A stretch of 64,000 nucleotides of DNA from Acidimicrobiales bacterium (GTDB taxonomy: Bacteria > Actinomycetota > Acidimicrobiia > Acidimicrobiales > SZUA-35): the NCBI GenBank assembly GCA_028285495.1, contig JANQPB010000022.1, forward strand, positions 1,969 to 65,968, written 5' to 3'. Both the position numbers and the translations under genes were made by a program. Under the pieces are notes generated by a model. It was not told the DNA's origin. It did not search any database and worked only from the letters and a program-made list of their open reading frames with translations. Numbering within the stretch: position 1 is the first letter of the stretch; every line of letters begins with the position of its first letter. Positions 21,845-30,203 of the stretch are shown here, piece by piece.

Positions 21845-23335
21845 GTGGCCGATCTGCGAGCGCACACCTCCGTCGACCTGCTGATCGTGGGCGCCGGCCC
21901 CGCCGGGTCGGCCGCCGCCATCGAGGCGACGGCCTCCGGGCTCGACGTGCTGGTCGTCGACAAGGCGACGTTCCCCCGCGACAAGTGCTGCGGCGACGGC
22001 CTGACCACCGGGGCCCTCCGCCGGCTCGACGCACTCGGTCTCGATCCGTCCGCGGTGCCGAGCTGGCAGGTGGTCGATGACGTCACGCTGCGGACGCCAG
22101 CCGGTCACGACATCGTGTTCCCGCTCCCGGGCGATGGCGTGTTCGCCGCGGTGGCCAGGCGGAGCGAGCTCGACGCAGCGCTCGTGGCCAGGGCCCGAGC
22201 GGCCGGGGCGATGGTGGCCGAGGGGTGCACCTTGGCCGCGATCGACGTCGGTGGCGGCGGTCGGCATCGCGTGCGGGCGACGATCGAGGTCGGCGACGGC
22301 GGACCAGCGACCACGGTCCTGGCCCGGTTCGCCATCGCCGCCGACGGCATGTGGTCGCCGACCCGCAAGCTCCTCGGACTCGACGACGGCCGCTATCGGG
22401 GCGAGTGGCACGCCTTCCGGCAGTACTTCACGAAGGTGTCCGGCCCGGCCGCCACCGACCTGTTGGTCTGGTTCGAGCCCGACCTGCTGCCCGGGTACGC
22501 CTGGTCGTTCCCGCTGGCCGGCGGGGCCGCCAATGTCGGCTTCGGCATCCTCCGCCAGCCGGGCCAATCGGTCCAACCGATGAAGCGGCTCTGGCCCGAG
22601 CTCCTCGCTCGCCCGCACGTGGCCGACGCGCTCGGCCCGGCCGCCGAGCCCGAGGCTCCGCATCGGGCCTGGCCGATCCCGGCCCGACTCGGTCGGCTAC
22701 CGGTGGCCAGCGGGCCGGTGCTGTTCGTCGGCGATGCGCTGGCCGCCGCCGACCCGATGACCGGCGAGGGCATCGGCCAGGCGCTGGAGACGGGCCAGGC
22801 CGCCGTCGCTGCGATCGTCGCCGACGTGGACGATCCGCCGGCCGCCGTCGAACGGTACCGCCGGGACCTCGACCGCACCATGGTCCGCGACCACGGACTG
22901 GCCCGGGCGCTCGGCCGCGTCCTGGCCTCGCCCCGTGGCGCCGAGGCCGCCGTGCGGATCGCCGGGGCCACGGGCTGGACCAGACGCAACTTCGCCCGCT
23001 GGCTGTTCGAGGACTACCCCCGCGCCGCCCTGGCCACGCCGAACCGGTGGCACCGGCGACTCTTCACCTCGCCGGGGGCCTACCGGGATGGCCGGGCGTG
23101 GCGCTCAGACGGCGGCGCCGGCACCCTCGGCCGCGAGTCTGGCGTCGGCGAACCGGTAGAGCCGATGCAGGGTCTGCAGGAGCGACAGCCAGACCAGCAG
23201 CTCGACGATCTGCTCGGCGTCGAGGTGGGGGGCGATGGCGGCGACGACGATCTCGGAGATGTCGGCCGGACTGGCGGCGCAGGCACGGGCCAGCAGGACG
23301 GCGGCCCCCTCGACCAGATCGAGGCCGGTCGGTAG
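21845..23335 (+). CDS. Geranylgeranyl reductase family FAD-dependent oxidoreductase
   Basis: This is the real part of ORF 21251..23335. An in-frame GTG at 21845 gives ADLRAHTSVDLLIVGAGPAGSAAA (GxGxxG), later FVGDALAAADPMTGEGIG. There is no stop before 23335, so the tail overlaps the convergent gene by 231 nt. Confidence 0.8.
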   Translation: MADLRAHTSVDLLIVGAGPAGSAAAIEATASGLDVLVVDKATFPRDKCCGDGLTTGALRRLDALGLDPSAVPSWQVVDDVTLRTPAGHDIVFPLPGDGVFAAVARRSELDAALVARARAAGAMVAEGCTLAAIDVGGGGRHRVRATIEVGDGGPATTVLARFAIAADGMWSPTRKLLGLDDGRYRGEWHAFRQYFTKVSGPAATDLLVWFEPDLLPGYAWSFPLAGGAANVGFGILRQPGQSVQPMKRLWPELLARPHVADALGPAAEPEAPHRAWPIPARLGRLPVASGPVLFVGDALAAADPMTGEGIGQALETGQAAVAAIVADVDDPPAAVERYRRDLDRTMVRDHGLARALGRVLASPRGAEAAVRIAGATGWTRRNFARWLFEDYPRAALATPNRWHRRLFTSPGAYRDGRAWRSDGGAGTLGRESGVGEPVEPMQGLQERQPDQQLDDLLGVEVGGDGGDDDLGDVGRTGGAGTGQQDGGPLDQIEAGR

Positions 23336-24412
23336 CTCGACGGCGTCGATCGGGGCGTCGGCGAACCGGCCGATCGACCGCAGGAGCCACGGGTCGGGGT
23401 CGGCGGCGATCAGGTCGAGCAGCAGGGTGCACTCCTGCACCAGGACCGGCGACTCGACGTGATGGGCGTAGACGAGCCCAGCCACCAGCTTGGCCTCGAT
23501 CCCGACCGTCGACTGGGACGGATCGAGGTTGTCCCGCAGGGCCGTGGTCAGCGCCCGAACGACCCGGTGGCTGCTGATCGAGGCCAGGATCGGGAAGCCG
23601 TAGCCGATCCGCTCCTCCAGCAGCAGCAGGGCCTCGGCCACGCGGCCGGGCACGCCCCGGGTCCACGAGCGCTCGAGCCGAGCGGCCCCGGGGGCCTGAC
23701 GCATGACCCGCAGGTAGGTGCCGAGCCCGTCGATCGGGATCTCGTCGGACGTGTCGTCGCGGGCCCACGCCGGCTCGGGCGCGGGCGGTGCATCGTCGGC
23801 GCCCCCGTCGACGTGCTTGCCCGGATGCCAACCGTCGACCCGCAACAGGGCCTGGACGTCGGCCAGGCTGCTCGGTTCAAGCTCGACGCCGACCGCGTCC
23901 ATGAACTTGTTGAGGAAGCCACCGAGGGCGACGGCCAGGGCGAGCCACTCGAGATCCGCCGGCGACAGGTGGGCCTCGGCCCGGCGCACGTGGTCGGGGG
24001 TGACGGTCGACGGCACCGTGGCCATGGCCGCGGCCAGCTCGACCACCGCATCCTCGGCCGGCGAGCGCTGCCCGAACACCGCATCGCGACCGACACCACG
24101 GCGAAGGGCGTAGCCGCAGTGGTGGGCGATGCAGTACGAGCAGCCGGCGGCCCGGCTGGAGGCGTAGAGCCCGAGGGCGACGAGGTCCTTCGGCGCCCCC
24201 TGGCCGACGAGGGCCATCGGCAGGTTCAACAGGTTCGGCACGAGCACGTTGAAGGTGCGCAGGCCCGGCGGCCAGATGGCGAGGACGGGGTAGCAGTTCG
24301 GTACCACCCCGACCAGCTCCTCGAGCATCGACAGGATCGGGCGGTGGTTCTCGGGCAGCTCGTGATGGGGGACGGCGTGGGCGGCCAGCTCCCGGGCCAA
24401 CGTCTCGTTCAC
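23105..24412 (-). CDS. Tandem carboxymuconolactone decarboxylase (AhpD-like) family protein
   Basis: 435 aa with a GTG start. The first half carries the AhpD-like redox motif AGCSYCIAHHCG. The second half is a degenerate copy without C-x-x-C. Confidence 0.7.
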   Translation of the reverse strand: MNETLARELAAHAVPHHELPENHRPILSMLEELVGVVPNCYPVLAIWPPGLRTFNVLVPNLLNLPMALVGQGAPKDLVALGLYASSRAAGCSYCIAHHCGYALRRGVGRDAVFGQRSPAEDAVVELAAAMATVPSTVTPDHVRRAEAHLSPADLEWLALAVALGGFLNKFMDAVGVELEPSSLADVQALLRVDGWHPGKHVDGGADDAPPAPEPAWARDDTSDEIPIDGLGTYLRVMRQAPGAARLERSWTRGVPGRVAEALLLLEERIGYGFPILASISSHRVVRALTTALRDNLDPSQSTVGIEAKLVAGLVYAHHVESPVLVQECTLLLDLIAADPDPWLLRSIGRFADAPIDAVELPTGLDLVEGAAVLLARACAASPADISEIVVAAIAPHLDAEQIVELLVWLSLLQTLHRLYRFADARLAAEGAGAAV

Positions 24413-24562
24413 TTGGGTTCCATCCGATCCATCGCTCTAGCCCTGTCAGCCCGCGATCGCCCGCCCCCGCCACGATCGCGCGAACGTTCGACAACGTTCG
24501 GCAGGCGGCATGCTAGACGAGCGGTGTGACAGGGACGGGGATGGTGGGAGGTCGACCCGGCG

Positions 24563-25669
24563 TCAGCGGCCCGGCAGGCCGTCGATGGCGCGCGTCGCCT
24601 CGGACACGAGGTCGTCCATGACGTCGGCGACCGGACGCAGCTCGGAGGCGTAGCCGATCCCCTGCCCCGCCCCCGAGTGCAGCAATGGCTCGACGCCGTG
24701 CTCGTCGATGGCACCGAGCAGATCGCCGACGAGCACGTCCTGGTACGGCATGCGCAGGGGCTCCGGTGCGTCCGGGGCGTCCCACTCGTCGCTCCAGGCC
24801 GAGCGGATCTGACGGAAGGTCTTGCCGCTCTCGGATCGGGTGACGACGGTGTCGGCCGATCCCGCGGCCAGCAGCTTCGGCACCAGCTTGGGATGGAGGT
24901 GGGCGGCGTGCTCCGTCGTCGTCAGCCACGTCGTGCCGAGCCACACGCCCTGGGCGCCCATGGCCAGTGCGGCGGCGATGTGGCGGCCGGTGGCCACGCC
25001 GCCGGCCGCCAGCACCGGCACCCGACCGTCCGAGCCATCGGCCACGGCGTCGACGATCTGCGGGATCAGTGTGAAGGTCCCGATCGGTCCGGTGTGGGCG
25101 CCGGCGTCGTAGCCCTGGGCCACGATGATGTCGACCCCGGCCTCGAGCGCCCGGCGGACGTGGCGGGGGCTGCCGATGAGTGCCGCCGTGGTCTTGCCGA
25201 GCTCCCGGGCCCGCTCGACCGCCGGCCTCGGCGCCCCGATCCCACAGGCGAACAGGTCGACGTCGGAGGCCATGACCGCCTCGAGCTGGTCGCTCTCGAT
25301 CTCGGCCGAGCGGATGAACCGGGTCCGCATGCCGGGACCGCTGGGGTCGGGCACGTCGTACTTGTCGATCAGGCCGGCGACGAACGCACGGTGCTCGTCG
25401 GGGATGTGGCGCTCGATGTCGGCCCGGCTGTTGTGCTCGGGCATCCCGTCGGGCAGGACGAGGTCGACCCCGAACGGCCGATCGCCGACGAGGCGGCGGA
25501 TCTCGGCCAGCTCGTCGGCGATCTCGTGTGGGAACCGCCTGGTCGCCCCGTAGACGCCGATCCCACCGGCGTTGGTGATGGCGGCGACGGTGGTGATGTC
25601 ATGGGCGAAGCCGAAGATCGGGTGCTCGATGCCGAGCTGGTCGACCACCGGGGTGCGCAGTGCGGACAT
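24563..25669 (-). CDS. Nitronate monooxygenase (NMO / 2-nitropropane dioxygenase) family FMN enzyme
   Basis: 368 aa with IEHPIFGFAH, IVAQGYDAGAHTG and AAGGVATGRHIAAALAMGAQGVWLGT. Confidence 0.85.
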   Translation of the reverse strand: MSALRTPVVDQLGIEHPIFGFAHDITTVAAITNAGGIGVYGATRRFPHEIADELAEIRRLVGDRPFGVDLVLPDGMPEHNSRADIERHIPDEHRAFVAGLIDKYDVPDPSGPGMRTRFIRSAEIESDQLEAVMASDVDLFACGIGAPRPAVERARELGKTTAALIGSPRHVRRALEAGVDIIVAQGYDAGAHTGPIGTFTLIPQIVDAVADGSDGRVPVLAAGGVATGRHIAAALAMGAQGVWLGTTWLTTTEHAAHLHPKLVPKLLAAGSADTVVTRSESGKTFRQIRSAWSDEWDAPDAPEPLRMPYQDVLVGDLLGAIDEHGVEPLLHSGAGQGIGYASELRPVADVMDDLVSEATRAIDGLPGR

Positions 25670-25718
25670 GGCCGGACGTTAGTCGCCGTCGCCGGTCCGG
25701 CCGAACTACGTTGGATCG

Positions 25719-26714
25719 ATGGCTTCGTCATCCTCCGATCGACCCGACGTCGTGAGCGGTCGGTCCGACCTGCCCCCGGCCGACTACATCGAGGAGACCC
25801 GCCGGCTGTACGACTCGCTCGGCTACGACGCCTACCGCTGGGCCGAGCGCCCGGAGACGGCGCCGTGGACGCCGCTGACGAAACCGCTGTCGGAGTCACG
25901 GGTGCTGCTGATCGGCTCGGGTGGGCTCTACCGCCACGGCCAGATCGCCTTCCACACGAGGGACGACACGTCGATCCGGGTCATCCCGAGCGACGTCGAC
26001 ACCGCCGAGCTGCGGACCGCCCACTTCGCCTACGACCAGGCCGACGCCCGCACCGACCCGAACTGCGTGTTCCCGCTCGATCGGCTGCGGGAGCTGGTCG
26101 ACGACGGCACGATCGGCGGGCTGTGCGAGGAGGCGTACGGGTTCATGGGCGGCATCTACTCGATCCGCCGGATGGAGGCGGAGACGGCGGCGCTGCTCGA
26201 GGAGCGGTGCCGGGCCCAGGAGCCCGACGTCGTGCTGCTCGTCCCCGTTTGACCGGTCTGCCATCAGTCGGTCGGTCTGATCGCACGACACCTGGAAGGC
26301 GCCGGCTTCCCGACGATCGGGTTCACCTCGGCCTACTCGATCACCGCATCGACGAATCCGCCCCGCTCGGTGTTCCTCGACGTCCCCCTCGGCCACACCA
26401 CCGGCGGCCCGAACGACCCCGAGACGCAACGGTCGATCGTCCGAACCGGCCTGCAGGCGGGCGCGGCGATGGCGGGGCCGGGCACGATCATCGATCTCCC
26501 GTGGCGCTGGCGTGACGACGGGTGGAAGGCCGACCCGCTCTCGTGGAGTCGGCGCCGCCAGGACGCCGGGCAGAGCGGCAAGCCGGCCGGCGACACGAGG
26601 ACCGCACGCTCACCGGAGCCCCGGTACCAGTCCGACGGCGACCGGGCCGCGGCCGAAGCCCGCAGCCACGACGAGCAGTGTCTCGTCTGCCTCGGGATCC
26701 CGGACCCGAGCTGA
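25719..26714 (+). CDS. GrdB/PrdB-family (glycine/betaine/sarcosine/D-proline reductase B-like) protein with an in-frame TGA at 26250-26252, candidate selenocysteine codon
   Basis: ORFs 25719..26252 and 26370..26714 share one frame, and my translation finds no other stop between them. The junction reads VVLLVPV-TGA-PVCHQSVGLIARHLEGAGFPTIGFTS, a U-x-x-C context. Upstream lies DPNCVFPLDRLRELVDDGTIGG. Both halves have coding-like composition. Confidence 0.6.
26259..26285 (+). other. SECIS-like hairpin 6 nt downstream of the in-frame UGA
   Basis: UGCCAUCAG (26259-26267) pairs with CUGAUCGCA (26277-26285) with one C.C mismatch. The 9-nt loop is UCGGUCGGU. Folded by eye only. Confidence 0.35.
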
Positions 26715-26765
26715 CCTGACCCTGCCGGCCGACCGACGCCTGTCGGCATGGTGGTTTCGCCCAAC

Positions 26766-26876
26766 GTGGAACACCGGTTCCACGACCACACCAGGTGGAA
26801 CACCGGTTCCATGACCACACCAGGTGGAACACCGGTTCCACGATGAGCGGACCACGACGTGGAACGGCGGTTCCAC
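26766..26876. repeat. Four tandem 18-bp palindromes GTGGAAC-N4-GTTCCAC (29, 29 and 35 bp spacing)
   Basis: Copies lie at 26766-26783, 26795-26812, 26824-26841 and 26859-26876. Copies 1-3 sit in a near-perfect 29-bp unit. Coordinates were anchored on stops 26714 and 26975 and on the listed GTG-start ORFs at 26795, 26824 and 26859. Confidence 0.9.
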
Positions 26877-26974
26877 AGGTGCCGGACGCGGGTCGGGTGG
26901 TCAACAACCGGCGCGACCGATCTGCCCGCAGACCGACGCCGTCGGCCGATCGACCCGGTCGGCGATCGATCGAC

Positions 26975-27790
26975 TCAGCCGGCGAGGTCAGCCGGGGGGC
27001 CGGTGACCGGGTCGAAGTCCGGCGGACGCTTCTCGAGGAAGCTCGACACGCCCTCCTTGAAGTCCGACCGCTTCAGCGACGCCCGCATGAAACCGTTCGA
27101 CTCGGTCATCGCCTGATCGAGCGGCAACTGCGGATGGCGGTAGACCTGGTGCTTCATGATCGCCATCGACGTCGGGGCGGCGTTCGTCGCCAGGTCGTCT
27201 GCGTAGGCCAGGGTCTCGTCGAGCAGCCGGTCCGGCGGGTAGACCCGGGCCACCAGCCCGAGCTCCTTCGCCTCCTCCGCCAGCACGACCCGGCCGGACA
27301 GCAACAGGTCGAGGGCGTTGGCCTGGCCGACCAGGCGGGGCAGCGTCCACGAGATGCCGTGCTCGGCGATCAGCCCCCGGCGGCTGAACGCCGTGGTGAA
27401 CTTGGCCCCCTCGGCCGCGAACCGGATGTCGCAAGCCACGGCGTGAACCAGACCGAGGCCGGCGCAGGCCCCGTTGACGGCGGCGATGATCGGCTTGGGA
27501 ATCGACATCGCGTAGGTGGCATCCCGGGTGTCGGGCTCACCGCCGCCTCCGGATCCGCCGCTGCCGATGCCCTGCAACACGTCCATGTCGGCCCCGGCGC
27601 AGAACCCGCGGCCGGCGCCCGTCACCACGATCGCAGCCACCTCGGGATCGGCGGCGGCCCGGTCGAGCGAGTCGAAGTAGCCGGCTGCGAGATCGGCGTT
27701 CCAGGCGTTGAGTCGCTCGGGTCGGTTGAGCGTGACCAGGGCCACCCGGCCCCGGACCTCGTAGAGCACGGCATCGGCAGCGGTTGACAT
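26975..27790 (-). CDS. Enoyl-CoA hydratase/isomerase family protein
   Basis: 271 aa with VALVTLNRPERLNAW and VTGAGRGFCAGADM, plus a Gly-rich insert GSGGSGGGG. Confidence 0.88.
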   Translation of the reverse strand: MSTAADAVLYEVRGRVALVTLNRPERLNAWNADLAAGYFDSLDRAAADPEVAAIVVTGAGRGFCAGADMDVLQGIGSGGSGGGGEPDTRDATYAMSIPKPIIAAVNGACAGLGLVHAVACDIRFAAEGAKFTTAFSRRGLIAEHGISWTLPRLVGQANALDLLLSGRVVLAEEAKELGLVARVYPPDRLLDETLAYADDLATNAAPTSMAIMKHQVYRHPQLPLDQAMTESNGFMRASLKRSDFKEGVSSFLEKRPPDFDPVTGPPADLAG

Positions 27791-27848
27791 GATGGTCGGC
27801 CTCCCGGATCGACTCCCCGACCCGCGAACCTAGTGCTGGGCCGGCCGC

Positions 27849-28331
27849 TCAGGCCAGAACGGGGGCGGCGTGGTGGACGACGATCCGCCAGGCCTCGCCG
27901 TCGTGCTGGAAGATGTTGAGCGCCGCCGCGGCCCCGGTGTTCTCGCCCGAGATCATGTTCTCGATGGCGGTGACCCAGGCCACCGTGCCCCGGCGATCGA
28001 TCCGCTCCTCGGTCAGGATGATCTGCGGATTGCCGCCGGACCCGAGGATCGCCTCCCACGACGCCCACACCTCGTCCCAGCCGATGAGCGGGGTGCGGCC
28101 GGGGTGGGCGCAGATGGCGTCGTCGGTGTGGACCCAGACCGCATGCATCTCATCGAGATCGGCCCGCTCCAGCGCCTCGTAGAACCGGCCGTTGGCCCGG
28201 CTCACCGCCTCGTCGGACAGATCGGCGACGGCGCCATCCTCCGGCGCCACCGCCGCGCCGTCGCCCGACCCGACCGCCGGGCCGTCGTCGGACGACTCGT
28301 CATGCGGGTTCGACGACGGCTCCGAGGTCAT
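27849..28331 (-). CDS. SnoaL-like / NTF2-fold protein with an acidic disordered N-terminus
   Basis: 160 aa. FYEALERADLDEMHAVWVHTDDAICAHPG...GWDEVWASWEAIL fits the NTF2-like superfamily. Confidence 0.65.
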   Translation of the reverse strand: MTSEPSSNPHDESSDDGPAVGSGDGAAVAPEDGAVADLSDEAVSRANGRFYEALERADLDEMHAVWVHTDDAICAHPGRTPLIGWDEVWASWEAILGSGGNPQIILTEERIDRRGTVAWVTAIENMISGENTGAAAALNIFQHDGEAWRIVVHHAAPVLA

Positions 28332-28333
28332 CG

Positions 28334-28939
28334 GTGCACTGTAGACGAGCGTCCCCTCGGCCGGCCCGACCGGTCGCCCCCGGACCCGCCCCTACACTGG
28401 CCGCCTTGGTGGCCCTGCGACGACTGGTGCGCGACTTCGACGAGTGGGGCGACGGGCTGTTCGCCCCGCTCCGAGGGCGTCGGATCCCCGACGCCGTGTT
28501 CTGGGCGGCCAGCGAGGGGGCCGACTACTCCCGGGCGTGGCATGCGATCAACCTGGCGCTGCTGGCAACCGGTCGCCACCGACGCGGCGAGGCGATACGC
28601 CTGGCCGTTGCGCTCGGGGTCGAGTCGGCGATCGTGAACGGTGGACTGAAGAACCTGTTGCCGCGGGAGCGTCCACCGCTGCACGACGACGCCACGTTCG
28701 AGGTCCGTCGGCCGCGGACCAAGAGCTTCCCGAGCGGTCACGCCAGCTCGGCCTGCCTGACCGCCGTGCTGCTGTCGGACACCGTCCCGGTGCTCCGGCC
28801 GGTCTGGTGGTCGTTGGCCGCCGTCGTTGCCGCCAGCCGGGTCCACAACCGGATGCATCACCCATCCGACGTGGTCGCCGGAGCTGCGATCGGTCTCGCC
28901 ATGGGCGTCGCGGTCCGCCGCCGCTGGCCCCGCGCCTAG
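28334..28939 (+). CDS. PAP2 family phosphatase (membrane)
   Basis: All three PAP2 motifs are present: KNLLPRERP, PSGH and SRVHNRMHHPSD. The start is uncertain: 28334 lies 2 nt from the divergent gene's start, and an in-frame GTG at 28409 is plausible. Confidence 0.8.
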   Translation: MHCRRASPRPARPVAPGPAPTLAALVALRRLVRDFDEWGDGLFAPLRGRRIPDAVFWAASEGADYSRAWHAINLALLATGRHRRGEAIRLAVALGVESAIVNGGLKNLLPRERPPLHDDATFEVRRPRTKSFPSGHASSACLTAVLLSDTVPVLRPVWWSLAAVVAASRVHNRMHHPSDVVAGAAIGLAMGVAVRRRWPRA

Positions 28940-29009
28940 ACGTGCGCCTTTCTGACCGGACCGGGAAGATCGCCTCGGACGTGTCGCGCCCGGCGCTGAC
29001 CGGCCCTTC

Positions 29010-29177
29010 CTAGCCCTGCTCGCTGAGGAGGGTCCGGACGTCGAGCAGCAGGTCGGCCACCTCGGCGGCCGACACCAGCTGACGCTCGGTGAGGCCACCG
29101 AGGCCCTGGTCGATCAGGGCCAGGGCCTCCTCGATCGGGGTCAGTTCCGTCACGTCGAGTTCTTCGAGATCGGTCAC
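29010..29177 (-). CDS. Small acidic hypothetical protein (55 aa)
   Basis: GTG at 29177 is preceded by GAGGAG 7 nt upstream. The product is VTDLEELDVTELTPIEEALALIDQGLGGLTERQLVSAAEVADLLLDVRTLLSEQG. The upstream part of ORF 29010..29300 looks non-coding. Confidence 0.45.
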   Translation of the reverse strand: MTDLEELDVTELTPIEEALALIDQGLGGLTERQLVSAAEVADLLLDVRTLLSEQG

Positions 29178-29355
29178 GATCGTGCTCCTCGGCAGAGGCA
29201 CCGCCAACGAGCGGCACCGGCAATGGTCGTGAGAACGTTGGGCGGGGGCCGGTTCATTCCAGGATCCGAAGGATCCGGCCGCCGCTGCGATGCATGTCAC
29301 CCTACCGCACGCCCCGATCCGCTCGGTGTCGGTTCGGTCAGGCGGGCGAGGCTGC

Positions 29356-30144
29356 TCATCGCCCGCGGAACGCCGGATCCCGCTTCTGGAGGAAGGCGTC
29401 GATCGCCTCCCGCGTGTCGGACGTGGCGAAATTCACGGTCTGGGCCATGCCCTCGGCCTCGAGGGCCGAGGGGAAGTCGGCCGAGGCGTTGAAGGTCAGG
29501 AGCCGCTTGGTCATGGCCATGGCCAGCGGCGGGCCGGCGGCGAGCCTGGACGACCAGTCGTCGACGAAGGCGTCGAGCTCGTCGTGGGCCACGACGTGGT
29601 TGACGAACCCGAACCGCTCGGCGTCTGCGGCCGAGATCACGTCGCCGAACAGCGCCAGCTCCTTGGCCTTGTGGAGCCCGATCAGCCGGGGCAGGATCCA
29701 CGTGCCGCCGAAGTCGACGCTGAGCCCACGCCGGGCGAAGATCTCCGAGAACCGGGCCTGATCGCTGGCCACGATCAGGTCGCAGGCCAGCGCCATGTTC
29801 ATGCCGGCGCCGGCGGCAACGCCGTTCACCTTGGCGATCACCGGCACCATGATCGAGTAGAGGGCCTGGATCGTCCGGTGGATCATGTTCATCGCCTGGA
29901 GCTGGTGCATGTCCCGGTCGCCCCCGCCGCCGAGGTCGGCCCCCGAGCAGAACCCGTCGCCGGCACCGGTCATGACAACGCAGCGGACGGTCGGGTCGAG
30001 CCCGATCTCGTCCCACGTCTGGCGCAACTCGTCCCACATCGTGCCGTTGGCCGCGTTCTTCTTCGCCGGCCGGTTCATGGTGACCGTCACCACCCCGTCG
30101 TCGGTGACGTCGACCAGCAGCGTTTCCATCTCTCGGGAGTCCAC
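29356..30144 (-). CDS. Enoyl-CoA hydratase/isomerase family protein
   Basis: 262 aa with VVTVTMNRPAKKNA, MTGAGDGFCSGADL and VNGVAAGAG. Confidence 0.88.
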   Translation of the reverse strand: MDSREMETLLVDVTDDGVVTVTMNRPAKKNAANGTMWDELRQTWDEIGLDPTVRCVVMTGAGDGFCSGADLGGGGDRDMHQLQAMNMIHRTIQALYSIMVPVIAKVNGVAAGAGMNMALACDLIVASDQARFSEIFARRGLSVDFGGTWILPRLIGLHKAKELALFGDVISAADAERFGFVNHVVAHDELDAFVDDWSSRLAAGPPLAMAMTKRLLTFNASADFPSALEAEGMAQTVNFATSDTREAIDAFLQKRDPAFRGR

Positions 30145-30203
30145 GGCCAGACGCTACCCGTCGGCAATCAACCGCACGAAAACGTCGGATTCCCGCAGCG
30201 GAC

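Noticed and set aside
25719-26252. Treating the 177-aa ORF as a complete gene and 26370..26714 as a separate ORF
   Set aside because: Both are in the same phase with a single TGA between them, and the downstream part continues the same family-like sequence. Read-through (Sec) or a very recent nonsense mutation explains it better than two genes.
26766-26876. CRISPR array
   Set aside because: The repeat period is 29 bp and the 11-nt inter-palindrome segments are identical (GACCACACCAG), so there are no unique spacers. Only four units exist and no cas genes are in the window.
26766-26876. Short ORFs starting at 26795, 26824 and 26859 (MEHRFHD...)
   Set aside because: They all start inside the palindrome copies, because GTGGAAC supplies a GTG, and then run antisense into the crotonase gene. 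They are an artefact of the repeat.
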